Virus record (IMG/VR): IMGVR_UViG_3300027749_000095
Span: 8,200 to 72,199 of that record
Strand: one strand, 5' to 3'
From: a virus
Length of the DNA: 64,000 nucleotides
Part shown: positions 8,619-17,535 of the stretch, in pieces
Numbering within the stretch: position 1 is the first letter of the stretch
Layout of the letters: each line of letters starts with the position of its first letter
Made by a program: the position numbers and the translations under genes
The notes under the pieces: model-generated
Told to the model about the DNA's origin: nothing
The model's database searches: none
What the model saw: the letters and a program-made list of their open reading frames with translations, nothing else

Positions 8619-9462
8619 AATTAAAATTGCAGAGCTGTTTTACAGCATTCAAGGCGAAGGACGCTATATGGGTGTTCCGAGTGTGTTTCTACGCACATTC
8701 GGATGTAACTTTAAATGTGCAGGATTTGGCATGCCACGAGGAGAACTAAGTACAGAAGTTGAAACTATTTCTTTTGCTCATGACAATACTCCTTACAAGG
8801 ACTATAAAGATTTGCCGCTTGTTAGCACAGGGTGTGATAGTTATGCTAGTTGGGATCCACGTTTCAAAGACCTAAGCCCAATGCTTACAAGTGAAGCAAT
8901 TGTAGATCGCATCATGGAAATTATTCCACATAGCGAATGGCATGACGAACATCTAGTAATTACGGGTGGTGAGCCATTGCTAGGTTGGCAACGTGCTTAT
9001 CCTGACTTGCTAAACAATCCTAAAATGAAGGCGTTAAAAGAGATTACGTTTGAAACAAACGGTACTCAAAAACTTACACCGGAGTTTAAAGAATATCTGA
9101 GGAAGTGGAATAGTGTAGTAGGCAAGGAACTTACATTTTCAGTAAGTGCTAAACTTCCGGCAAGTGGTGAGAAGTGGAAAGAAGCCATTTGTCCAGAAGT
9201 AGTGTGTGAATACGAACAAGTGGGCACAGCATATTTAAAATTTGTAGTGGCAACAGAGCAGGATATTGCAGATGCCGAATGTGCTGTGGGTGCATTTTGT
9301 TCTGCAGGATTTAAAGGCCATGTGTACTTGATGCCGGTGGGTGGTGTGGAAAGTGTTTATACACTCAACGCAAAGAATGTGGCACTAGCAGCCATGAAGC
9401 GCGGATGGCGTTATAGTGACCGTTTACAAGTGCCGTTATTTAAAAATGAGTGGGGAACTTAA
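8611..9462 (+). CDS. queE: 7-carboxy-7-deazaguanine synthase (radical SAM)
   Basis: ELFYSIQGEG, FLRTFGCNFKC...GCDS, ITGGEPLL, ETNGT, RYSDRLQ. Confidence 0.9.
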   Translation: MSKIKIAELFYSIQGEGRYMGVPSVFLRTFGCNFKCAGFGMPRGELSTEVETISFAHDNTPYKDYKDLPLVSTGCDSYASWDPRFKDLSPMLTSEAIVDRIMEIIPHSEWHDEHLVITGGEPLLGWQRAYPDLLNNPKMKALKEITFETNGTQKLTPEFKEYLRKWNSVVGKELTFSVSAKLPASGEKWKEAICPEVVCEYEQVGTAYLKFVVATEQDIADAECAVGAFCSAGFKGHVYLMPVGGVESVYTLNAKNVALAAMKRGWRYSDRLQVPLFKNEWGT

Positions 9463-9905
9463 TGATTAAGAATTTTTTCAAACGTATTACTGGAATTACA
9501 GCAATCGAAGAAGCCACTGCCAAAGCTATAGCTGTTTCTGAAGCAGCCCAATTAGAAGCAAGTAAAAAAGCGGCTGCGGCAATTAAGGCAGCAGAGGAAG
9601 CAATGTATAGTCCAAAAGAACGTGCAACTGCCAAGGGCGAACCTTGGGTGGCAGTTTTGGACACACACGTCAATAAAGAAAATGTACGTAATGGTTTTTT
9701 TGAGCTTGACTGGAACGACCTATTTGTGTTACAATTGAAACAAGCCGGATATGGTTACGATGGTGACCCGGATGAGGAAATTGTAGATCGTTGGTTTAGA
9801 GACCTAGCCAAAAATATGCTAGGAGAAGAAGGACAAGATACTACAAGAGGTGCAGGTTACATTAACGTGGTTCCGATCACAAAAGATAAATCAGAGGTTT
9901 CATGA
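9462..9905 (+). CDS. hypothetical protein
   Basis: ATG overlaps queE stop; KERATAKGEPWV...FFELDWN segment. Confidence 0.7.
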   Translation: MIKNFFKRITGITAIEEATAKAIAVSEAAQLEASKKAAAAIKAAEEAMYSPKERATAKGEPWVAVLDTHVNKENVRNGFFELDWNDLFVLQLKQAGYGYDGDPDEEIVDRWFRDLAKNMLGEEGQDTTRGAGYINVVPITKDKSEVS

Positions 9906-10885
9906 CATATATCATAGTCGACACTGCTAATACATTTTTTCGTGCTCGTCATGTAGTGCAGGGCAATGCCGATATCAAACTAGGTATGGCATTTCACATT
10001 ACTTTCAACAGCATTAAAAAAGCATGGCAGGATTTTGACGGCAGTCATGTAGTATTCTGCCTCGAAGGTCGGTCGTGGCGTAAGGACTTTTACAAGCCTT
10101 ACAAGGCGAACAGGCAAGAAACTCGTAGTGCTATGACTGTTAAAGAACAAGAAGAAGATAAGTTATTCTGGGAAGCGTTTGATGAGTTTAAAAACTTCAT
10201 AACAGAAAAGACTAACTGCACAGTATTGCAACATAAACAACTAGAAGCAGATGATTTGATTGCTGGATTCATTCAGATGCATCCAGAAGCAAAACATGTT
10301 ATTATCAGCACTGACGGAGACTTTGCACAATTAGTAAGTCCCACTGTTAGTCAATATAATGGTGTAGGTGATTTACATATTACACACGAAGGCATCTTTG
10401 ATGCTAAGGGCAAACCTGTTAAAGATAAAAAGACCGGTGAAGCAAAGCCCGCACAAGATCCAGAATGGATGCTATTTGAAAAATGTATGCGTGGCGATAC
10501 TAGCGACAATGTCTTCTCGGCCTATCCCGGAGTTCGTACTAAGGGTACTAAGAATAAAGTTGGTTTACAAGAAGCGTTTGAAGATCGTAAATCCAAAGGC
10601 TATGCGTGGAACAATCTCATGTTGCAACGTTGGTCTGACCATAACGGACAAGAACATCGTGTGCTAGAAGATTATCAACGTAATGTACAGCTCTGCGATT
10701 TAACTGCACAACCTGCAGACATTCGTAATTTTATTACTGAAACTATCAAAATTAATGCAGTACCTAAGACTGTTGATCAAGTTGGTATTCGTATGTTAAA
10801 ATTTTGTAACACATGGGACATGAAAAAGATTGCTGACAACATTCAGCAATATGCTGTTCCATTCCAGGCAAGATATAATAAATGA
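9902..10885 (+). CDS. rnh: T4 RNase H-like 5'-3' exonuclease / flap endonuclease
   Basis: VDTANTFFR, YKANR, EADDLIA, STDGDFAQL, GDTSDNV acidic motifs. Confidence 0.9.
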   Translation: MTYIIVDTANTFFRARHVVQGNADIKLGMAFHITFNSIKKAWQDFDGSHVVFCLEGRSWRKDFYKPYKANRQETRSAMTVKEQEEDKLFWEAFDEFKNFITEKTNCTVLQHKQLEADDLIAGFIQMHPEAKHVIISTDGDFAQLVSPTVSQYNGVGDLHITHEGIFDAKGKPVKDKKTGEAKPAQDPEWMLFEKCMRGDTSDNVFSAYPGVRTKGTKNKVGLQEAFEDRKSKGYAWNNLMLQRWSDHNGQEHRVLEDYQRNVQLCDLTAQPADIRNFITETIKINAVPKTVDQVGIRMLKFCNTWDMKKIADNIQQYAVPFQARYNK

Positions 10886-10922
10886 ATGAATGTCCTGTAC
10901 TACCTATTAAAAGGAAATAAAA

Positions 10923-11399
10923 ATGAATTTAAAAGCAAAACCCATTGTTGATGGAAAATTTTGGATTGTAGAAGAAGATGGTGAGAAGGTTGCTATCTTA
11001 CATAAAAAAGAAAATAATAAGTTTATGTTAAGCTCTAAAGAAGGTGAGGTTTACTTTAATAGAAAAGACGATTTAACTAAAAAATTTGGCAAGGACTTTT
11101 TTCTAGTTAGCGATAAGGTAAAAATTACATACGAAGAAGTGCGTGACGTGTATGAGTATCCGACTAGTTGTAGGCCATATAATCCCCTGTTTAATGTACA
11201 ACGTAAGTTACCATTGTTTACCAAGAGCCAGGCCAGCAAGAGTCTGTATTGTGCTGGATATTACACAATTAAGTTTGATAAAGGCTGGGTTAAATCATTC
11301 TGTCCCAAGTTAATTACAGTTGAGCGGTATCCAACTAAAGGTCCGTTTAAAAGTGAACTTGAAATGAAACAGGTACTATCGAATGCCAAATCCGATTAA
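10923..11399 (+). CDS. hypothetical protein
   Basis: 158-aa ORF with AAGGA RBS. Confidence 0.75.
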   Translation: MNLKAKPIVDGKFWIVEEDGEKVAILHKKENNKFMLSSKEGEVYFNRKDDLTKKFGKDFFLVSDKVKITYEEVRDVYEYPTSCRPYNPLFNVQRKLPLFTKSQASKSLYCAGYYTIKFDKGWVKSFCPKLITVERYPTKGPFKSELEMKQVLSNAKSD

Positions 11400-11625
11400 T
11401 ACTGCGCCTATCCAACAGTTTATACAACAGGTAAAGGCTGCTGATATTACTCAGCAACGAGAAATTAAGTTAGACATTAAAACTGCCAAAGCACTTGCGT
11501 ATTGTTTAGGTGAAGTTAGTGCTAAATTGCTTGAAGATTACGATACAATATTCAGACGATTAGAATCAAGCTCCGGTGGAGCAGTCACAGTACAGATGGA
11601 CGGGGGCGGGTTTTCCACCAATTGA
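11383..11625 (+). CDS. hypothetical protein
   Basis: 80-aa ORF ending VQMDGGGF. Confidence 0.7.
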   Translation: MPNPINTAPIQQFIQQVKAADITQQREIKLDIKTAKALAYCLGEVSAKLLEDYDTIFRRLESSSGGAVTVQMDGGGFSTN

Positions 11626-11629
11626 ATGA

Positions 11630-11661
11630 TAAATATATGCGTACATAATATAGGACGCATA
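11630..11661 (+). promoter_or_regulatory. late promoter TAAATA plus RBS-adjacent hairpin
   Basis: TAAATA 11630-11635; stem TATGCGT (11636-11642) / ACGCATA (11655-11661) closes over AGGA (11652-11655); ATG at 11666. Confidence 0.55.
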
Positions 11662-11665
11662 CTTC

Positions 11666-11950
11666 ATGTCAAGACCCAAACCCACTGTTCTGTTAGAATA
11701 CATTAATAAAAAGAACTATAAAAGCGAGCAAGTTCTTAGCGCAGAGGCTATCTGGGCAGTATTCTATAAACAAGAACCGTTTAATTTAAAATCAGCAAGT
11801 AGCATTACTAGCTATCCTGGACCTAAGTACAAGAAGGTCTCGTTTAGTAATCCAGGTCATGCACACAATCTTGCAAAGAAACTCAATCAAATGTTTAACT
11901 GTGATGACTTTGAAGTAGTCAAGTTAACCAGCGGCGAAATTATCAAATGA
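11666..11950 (+). CDS. conserved hypothetical phage protein
   Basis: MSRPKP...YPGPKYKKVSFSNPGHAHNLAKKLN. Confidence 0.75.
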   Translation: MSRPKPTVLLEYINKKNYKSEQVLSAEAIWAVFYKQEPFNLKSASSITSYPGPKYKKVSFSNPGHAHNLAKKLNQMFNCDDFEVVKLTSGEIIK

Positions 11951-12354
11951 TTTCAAAAGAGACCTACACCAAAATATTCCTGCAACAAAAGGAAAAAAGT
12001 ATAGATAGTGCCAATGTCAAGCATCATATGTACAAATGGTGGCAAAGTCACCGATCAAAAGAAATTGGCGGACTACGATTAAGTGACGAGGGTTTTGAAT
12101 TTCTAACTGACGAATTGGGTTTGAAAAGTTATGAGATTCCATTTACTGAGCCAATTGAACTAAGTCCCCAAACTATCATATTTTTTGATAGATCAATGGA
12201 CGGCCCGTATTTTCTCACAAACCAAAGTATTACTGTATTTTCCGAAAAGAAATCTTTTGAGCTGTACATGTTTTCGGACGACATTCGAAAATACGGACTT
12301 GTTAAGGCAATGAACGCCCAAAATAAAGATAGCCAAACGGACGAAAACTCCTAA
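11947..12354 (+). CDS. hypothetical protein
   Basis: 135-aa ORF with ATGA overlap; GGLRLSDEG motif. Confidence 0.7.
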   Translation: MISKETYTKIFLQQKEKSIDSANVKHHMYKWWQSHRSKEIGGLRLSDEGFEFLTDELGLKSYEIPFTEPIELSPQTIIFFDRSMDGPYFLTNQSITVFSEKKSFELYMFSDDIRKYGLVKAMNAQNKDSQTDENS

Positions 12355-12361
12355 AAAGAAG

Positions 12362-12390
12362 TTGACAGGGACGCTGTTACGCTGTATAAT
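12362..12390 (+). promoter_or_regulatory. consensus sigma70 (early) promoter
   Basis: TTGACA-17 nt-TATAAT with TG immediately 5' of the -10 box. Confidence 0.9.
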
Positions 12391-12439
12391 AGCTACATAG
12401 ACAGTAAGATAACAACGCTTTTTTAACCCAGGAGTATAT

Positions 12440-13537
12440 ATGAGCGAGATCCTTTCACGTACCGTTGGCCCTAAGGCTGCTAAAAAATCTCTTCGCCGTG
12501 CTTTTAAAGCCAATCGTCCGCTGTTCCTTTGGGGACCTCCTGGAATTGGTAAAAGCGATATCGTAAAGCAAATGGGCGTTGAGCTCGAAGCTCACGTTAT
12601 TGATATCCGTTTGAGCCTATGGGATCCCACTGATATTAAAGGTATTCCATTTTTTAACAGCACCGTTAATAAAATGGAATGGGCTCCCCCTACTGAATTG
12701 CCCGACGAAGTTATGGCAGCTAAGTACAAGAAAATCATCTTGTTCTTGGACGAAATGAACTCTGCGGCTCCTGCTGTTCAGGCAGCGGCTTACCAATTGG
12801 TGCTGAACCGTAAGGTTGGTACTTACCGCTTGCCTGACAACGTTTTGATTGTTGCCGCTGGCAACCGTGAAACGGACAGAGGTGTTACTTTCCGTATGCC
12901 TGCTCCGTTGGCTAATCGTTTCGTTCACTTGGAGATGCGTGTTGATTGGGACGACTACTTTGGCTGGGCTACTGAAAACAAAATCCACAAGGACGTGGTT
13001 GGCTTTTTGACTTTCTCCAAGAAAGACCTGTACGACTTTGATCCAAAGTCAGCATCACGTGCCTTTGCTACTCCTCGTAGTTGGGCGTTTGTTAGCGAAC
13101 TGTTGTTTGATGACGACGAAGATGACAGCACAATGACTGACTTGATTTCGGGTGCGGTCGGTGAAGGTCTTGCAGTTAAGTTTATGGCTCATCGTAAGAT
13201 TAGCTCAAAATTGCCTGACCCTACAGATATTTTAGCGGGCAAAGTTAAGAAAATGGACACCAAGGAAATTAGTGCCATGTACTCGCTGACAGTGTCATTG
13301 TGCTATGAATTGAAAGATGCCAGCGACAAAAACGACAAGAAGTTTAACGATAAAGTTAACTACTTCTTCCAATTTATGATGGACAATTTTGAAACTGAAT
13401 TGGTTGTAATGGGTACCAAACTTGCATTGACTCAATACCAATTGCCGTTGGATCCAGATGAGATCAAATGTTTTGATGACTTCCATGCCAAATATGGTAA
13501 GTACATTGCGGCCGCTACAGATAAACATTCACGCTAA
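12440..13537 (+). CDS. MoxR-like AAA+ ATPase
   Basis: Walker A GPPGIGKS, Walker B LFLDE, AAGN, PLANRF, ATPRSW; AGGAG RBS. Confidence 0.9.
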   Translation: MSEILSRTVGPKAAKKSLRRAFKANRPLFLWGPPGIGKSDIVKQMGVELEAHVIDIRLSLWDPTDIKGIPFFNSTVNKMEWAPPTELPDEVMAAKYKKIILFLDEMNSAAPAVQAAAYQLVLNRKVGTYRLPDNVLIVAAGNRETDRGVTFRMPAPLANRFVHLEMRVDWDDYFGWATENKIHKDVVGFLTFSKKDLYDFDPKSASRAFATPRSWAFVSELLFDDDEDDSTMTDLISGAVGEGLAVKFMAHRKISSKLPDPTDILAGKVKKMDTKEISAMYSLTVSLCYELKDASDKNDKKFNDKVNYFFQFMMDNFETELVVMGTKLALTQYQLPLDPDEIKCFDDFHAKYGKYIAAATDKHSR

Positions 13538-13554
13538 TTTGTAGCCAAAGTCAA

Positions 13555-13583
13555 TTGACAGGACCTGCGGGTCCTGTTATAAT
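13555..13583 (+). promoter_or_regulatory. consensus sigma70 promoter overlapping a perfect inverted repeat
   Basis: TTGACA-17 nt-TATAAT; ACAGGACC-TGCG-GGTCCTGT at 13558-13577. Confidence 0.85.
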
Positions 13584-13614
13584 ATATACATACAGTAAAT
13601 ATTTAGGAGCAGAA

Positions 13615-14790
13615 ATGACAAGTTATTTAGACCCAATTGTTGACAAGATTGTTGTTGCACGAGTTGGATTGCTGTTACGCCATCCGTTCTTTGGCAACAT
13701 GGCTACCCGGCTTAGAATTGAAGATGCTACCGCTTGGTGTGCTACCGCTGCCACCGACGGACGTCACTTGTATTACAATCGAGACTTCTTCGAAGATCTA
13801 ACTGTTAAGCAGGTTGAGTTTGTTGTTGCACACGAAATCCTGCATAATGTGTTTGAGCATATGCTTCGTGTAGAAGGCCGTGATCGCAAAGTTTGGAACA
13901 TTGCCGCTGACTACACTGTTAATGGCACATTGGTACGTGATCGTATTGGTGAAGTTCCTCCAAAGATTAAAATCTTCCATGACCCAAAACACTACGGCAA
14001 AAGTTCAGAACAAGTGTACGATGAAATTTTTGGTGAGATGGATGACCAAGAATTAGATGCACTTGGAGAATTACTCGACGAGCACATTGATTGGGAGAAG
14101 GAAGGCAAAGGTCGTCCTGCATACTCAAAAGAAGAGCTCAAGCAAATCCGTGATGAGATCAAAGAAGCTATGATGACTGCGGCGCAGGCTGCGGGTGCGG
14201 GAAATGTGCCGGCAGAGATCGGGCGTATGATTAAAGAGCTTACTGAGCCTAAGATGAACTGGCGTGAAATTCTGCGTCAACAAATTCAAAGCACTATTAA
14301 AAGTGACTATACCTTTATGCGTCCAAATCGTAAGGGCTGGCATATGAGTGCTATTCTTCCGGGCACTAACTATGCCGAAACAATTGATATTTGTATTGCT
14401 ATCGATATGTCAGGGTCAATTGGAGATGATCAAGCTAAAGACTTTATTAGCGAGATCAAAGGCATTATGGAAGAATACAAAGACTACAAAATTAAAGTGT
14501 GGTGCTTTGATACCAGAGTCTATAATGAACAAGACTTTGACGGGTATAACGATGACATTATGGAATACCAAGTTAAAGGTGGTGGTGGTACTGACTTTGA
14601 CGCTAACTGGACTTACATGAAAGAACACGACATTACCCCTAAGAAGTTTATCATGTTCACAGATGGGTATCCCTGGAGCTCATGGGGTGATGAAAACTAC
14701 TGTGATACAGTATTCATCATCCACGGTAATACTAGTATTGTACCACCCTTTGGAGCTCACGCTTACTATGAGTTTAGTGATAAAACTTGA
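13615..14790 (+). CDS. HEXXH metallopeptidase plus VWA domain protein (MoxR partner)
   Basis: TAATDG, VAHEILH, MIDAS DMSGS, GGGGTDF, FTDGY; ATG at 13615 after AGGAG. Confidence 0.9.
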   Translation: MTSYLDPIVDKIVVARVGLLLRHPFFGNMATRLRIEDATAWCATAATDGRHLYYNRDFFEDLTVKQVEFVVAHEILHNVFEHMLRVEGRDRKVWNIAADYTVNGTLVRDRIGEVPPKIKIFHDPKHYGKSSEQVYDEIFGEMDDQELDALGELLDEHIDWEKEGKGRPAYSKEELKQIRDEIKEAMMTAAQAAGAGNVPAEIGRMIKELTEPKMNWREILRQQIQSTIKSDYTFMRPNRKGWHMSAILPGTNYAETIDICIAIDMSGSIGDDQAKDFISEIKGIMEEYKDYKIKVWCFDTRVYNEQDFDGYNDDIMEYQVKGGGGTDFDANWTYMKEHDITPKKFIMFTDGYPWSSWGDENYCDTVFIIHGNTSIVPPFGAHAYYEFSDKT

Positions 14791-15340
14791 TCCTGATGCA
14801 TTCAGCGCAGGGCAAATTCAAAGTAAGATCTGGGCGGCACGTGAATTAGAACCAGTAGTGGCTCAACTAAAAATTGAGCCACTACGCATTGCCATCCTCG
14901 GTGGATGGTATGCTTTGTTGCATTTTATTTTGCAATCAAGAGAACGTGTGGCTATTGAGTATTGTAGATCATATGATATCGATGCAAGTGTGTGCATGGA
15001 TGCAAATTTGATTAATAACTCATGGGAAATAAATGATTGGCAGTTTAGATCATTCCCCCGAGATGCTAATAAAGCTACATATGACGATAACATTAATTTA
15101 GTAGTTAATACATCAACTGAGCACTTCGATAGTCAAGATTGGTTTGATCGTATTCCCAGCGGCACGCTATGTCTATTCCAAGGTAATGATCTGGACATTA
15201 AAGATCACACTCGACGTCCAACAGAGTTAGATCACTTTAAGGCGTTATGGCCATTACAGAAAGAGCTATTTTCAGGATCAATGTATTTTGATTTTAAAGA
15301 AGATTCATATACAAGATACATGACAATTGGATTAAAATAA
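14777..15340 (+). CDS. class I SAM-dependent methyltransferase-like protein
   Basis: GTG start; IAILGGWY glycine motif, SYDID, VNTSTEH. Confidence 0.55.
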   Translation: MIKLDPDAFSAGQIQSKIWAARELEPVVAQLKIEPLRIAILGGWYALLHFILQSRERVAIEYCRSYDIDASVCMDANLINNSWEINDWQFRSFPRDANKATYDDNINLVVNTSTEHFDSQDWFDRIPSGTLCLFQGNDLDIKDHTRRPTELDHFKALWPLQKELFSGSMYFDFKEDSYTRYMTIGLK

Positions 15341-15618
15341 TGGCATTGAAGAACGGCAAGGTTAACATCCTTAATACATTAGATTTGAGAAAAGTTAATT
15401 TTCCCTCACCGCATTTTCATTATGCACTATTATCAAAGTATACGCCTACCTATCATAAAACAATAGATACATGGATTTATCAACATCTTAATAGTCGTTA
15501 CTATGTAGGTCAAGCTGTTGATCTAGTGGACAATACTATTGTATTTGTCACTAAGATTGGGTTTGAACAAGAGAAAGAACTTAGCTTTTTCAAACTTGCT
15601 TGCCCACATTTAATCTAA
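15340..15618 (+). CDS. hypothetical protein
   Basis: 92-aa ORF with TAATG coupling. Confidence 0.7.
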   Translation: MALKNGKVNILNTLDLRKVNFPSPHFHYALLSKYTPTYHKTIDTWIYQHLNSRYYVGQAVDLVDNTIVFVTKIGFEQEKELSFFKLACPHLI

Positions 15619-15661
15619 CTGCTAATTAATAAGCATATATAATTTATACAAGGAGGTCATT

Positions 15662-15883
15662 ATGACTGAAGAAACAAACCAAGCAGTTGCTCCAGAAGCA
15701 GCCCCACCGCAAGAAGGGGCAGAATTAACTATTACTGATTTGAACAACATGAAATCAATCATCGATGTTGCAAGTCAACGTGGCGCATTTAAACCAAACG
15801 AAATGGTATTAATTGGACAAACTTATAATAAGTTATCTGCCTTCTTAGATACCGTAGCAAAAACAGCTAAGCCAGGAGTTTAA
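15662..15883 (+). CDS. hypothetical protein
   Basis: Strong AAGGAGG RBS; IIDVASQRGAFKPNEM motif. Confidence 0.75.
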   Translation: MTEETNQAVAPEAAPPQEGAELTITDLNNMKSIIDVASQRGAFKPNEMVLIGQTYNKLSAFLDTVAKTAKPGV

Positions 15884-15884
15884 T

Positions 15885-16538
15885 ATGCAAACCTTAAAAC
15901 ATGTAGGTCGCATTAAGTCAACAGGGCGTAGATGCTTAGTAGTGTTTAGGACACTTCCCGGAGATGCATTTAGTTGTTTAATCATCCAAACAGAAAGCCT
16001 TGATCCAAGCCAACACGATTCACTTATTAATTTAGTTGAGTCGAATGCTGCGCAATCGGCAAACGAGTTTAGCGAAGTACTAGCTCGCGCATTGTTTGGA
16101 GACGGTAGTACCATGTTGCCAAGTCTACATGCAAGAGGATTGTTAGCTAAGTTTCCAACTGATGCTATTGAGATGGTTCCAAACATGCAAGCTACAATTT
16201 TGCTGTCAGAATTGAATCAGGTTATTGCCCAACAGGCTGGGGTTAGTGTGCAAGATCTTGCTATTCGTCCTTCAGGCAAGGAAAATCTCGACGTGCAAGA
16301 ATTAGCCAAGGTAAAAGACATTAGTCCAAAGACAGGAAATACTGAGCCGCTAATGGAGCAGTATGATGCAGGTAAAACTACATCGGCAACAGTAAATGAA
16401 GATGGTATTTTAACCGATGACTTGTTAGCTAAAAAGTATCGCAGTGATGCGGATCGTCTAAGCAAGGAAGCTGCTCAACTCCGTCGTATGGCTGAAGAAT
16501 TAGTGCCTACTAAGAAAAAAACTGCTATTGAAGAGTGA
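15885..16538 (+). CDS. hypothetical protein with C-terminal coiled coil
   Basis: 217-aa ORF with GGAG RBS. Confidence 0.75.
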   Translation: MQTLKHVGRIKSTGRRCLVVFRTLPGDAFSCLIIQTESLDPSQHDSLINLVESNAAQSANEFSEVLARALFGDGSTMLPSLHARGLLAKFPTDAIEMVPNMQATILLSELNQVIAQQAGVSVQDLAIRPSGKENLDVQELAKVKDISPKTGNTEPLMEQYDAGKTTSATVNEDGILTDDLLAKKYRSDADRLSKEAAQLRRMAEELVPTKKKTAIEE

Positions 16539-16855
16539 CAAACGGAAAACCATTTCCTAAAGATGTCATCGAACATTGGCCCGAGGTATTTGGAGAGATT
16601 ACATTAAATGTTGTACCTCTAAAATACCTCGACTCAATTACGGTTACATTTAAAAATACAAAAGTATGGGAAATTCAAATAACTGCTAAACAGGCACAAG
16701 AAGATTGGGATTCGTTTGAAACAAATCTTAAAGAAATGCTTGCCTCGTATGAAAGTGACATAGAAAATGTAGATTTTAAACTCGATACTGAGAGGGTTAA
16801 AAAAGACATGATCAAGAATACAAACAAATTTTTAAAGAAAAGAAAATTGAGATGA
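16535..16855 (+). CDS. hypothetical protein
   Basis: GTGA overlap with upstream gene. Confidence 0.7.
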   Translation: MTNGKPFPKDVIEHWPEVFGEITLNVVPLKYLDSITVTFKNTKVWEIQITAKQAQEDWDSFETNLKEMLASYESDIENVDFKLDTERVKKDMIKNTNKFLKKRKLR

Positions 16856-17535
16856 ATGTTAAATTAATTAGTTACAGTCAACCTACACAAGAATTTGCCG
16901 AAATGGGCGTTGACAATGCCCAGGAACTAATTGCATATTGTGCCCGTGTTAGCAATCCTGCTAATCAACTTAACACAGAAACAAGCGAAAAACTTATTAA
17001 GTATTTGGTCAAGCACCAACATTGGTCACCACTTGAAATGGTTAGTGCTTGTATTGAAATTACAACCACACGTGACATTGCTCGACAAATTTTACGTCAT
17101 CGCAGTTTTAGTTTCCAAGAATTTAGCCAGAGGTATGCTGATCCAACTAAAGACTTAGATTTTGTAACTCGAGAAGCAAGACTACAAGATCCTAAAAATA
17201 GACAAAATAGTGTTGCCACTGAAGATGAGCAACTTCAAGCAGAGTGGGAATTAATCCAACAGGCTGTCATTGGTGCTGCTAAAGAAGCCTACGAATGGGC
17301 TATTGAAAACGGTATTGCTAAAGAACAAGCTCGTGCTGTACTGCCCGAAGGCCTTACAGAAAGTCGTTTATACATGAATGGCACACTGCGTAGTTGGATT
17401 CACTTTATTGAATTACGCAGTGCAAACGGTACGCAAAAAGAACACCAAGAAGTAGCTGTTGCTTGTGCAAAAGCAATTGCTGCTATTTTTCCAATGGCAG
17501 CTAGTTTAGTTACTCAGGGCGTAGCGGCAATTTAA
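16852..17535 (+). CDS. thyX: flavin-dependent thymidylate synthase
   Basis: HWSPLE, RHRSFSFQEFSQRY (RHRx7S), EQARAVLP, TQKEH. Confidence 0.95.
   Translation: MNVKLISYSQPTQEFAEMGVDNAQELIAYCARVSNPANQLNTETSEKLIKYLVKHQHWSPLEMVSACIEITTTRDIARQILRHRSFSFQEFSQRYADPTKDLDFVTREARLQDPKNRQNSVATEDEQLQAEWELIQQAVIGAAKEAYEWAIENGIAKEQARAVLPEGLTESRLYMNGTLRSWIHFIELRSANGTQKEHQEVAVACAKAIAAIFPMAASLVTQGVAAI

Noticed and set aside
10882-10920. 12-codon ORF MNECPVLPIKRK between rnh and the next gene
   Set aside because: Too short to support; overlaps the downstream RBS and may be chance.
13555-13614. ORF-track upstream starts at 13555, 14663, 6043, 9450 and 58881
   Set aside because: They run through promoters or upstream genes; downstream starts with RBS or stop/start coupling fit better.
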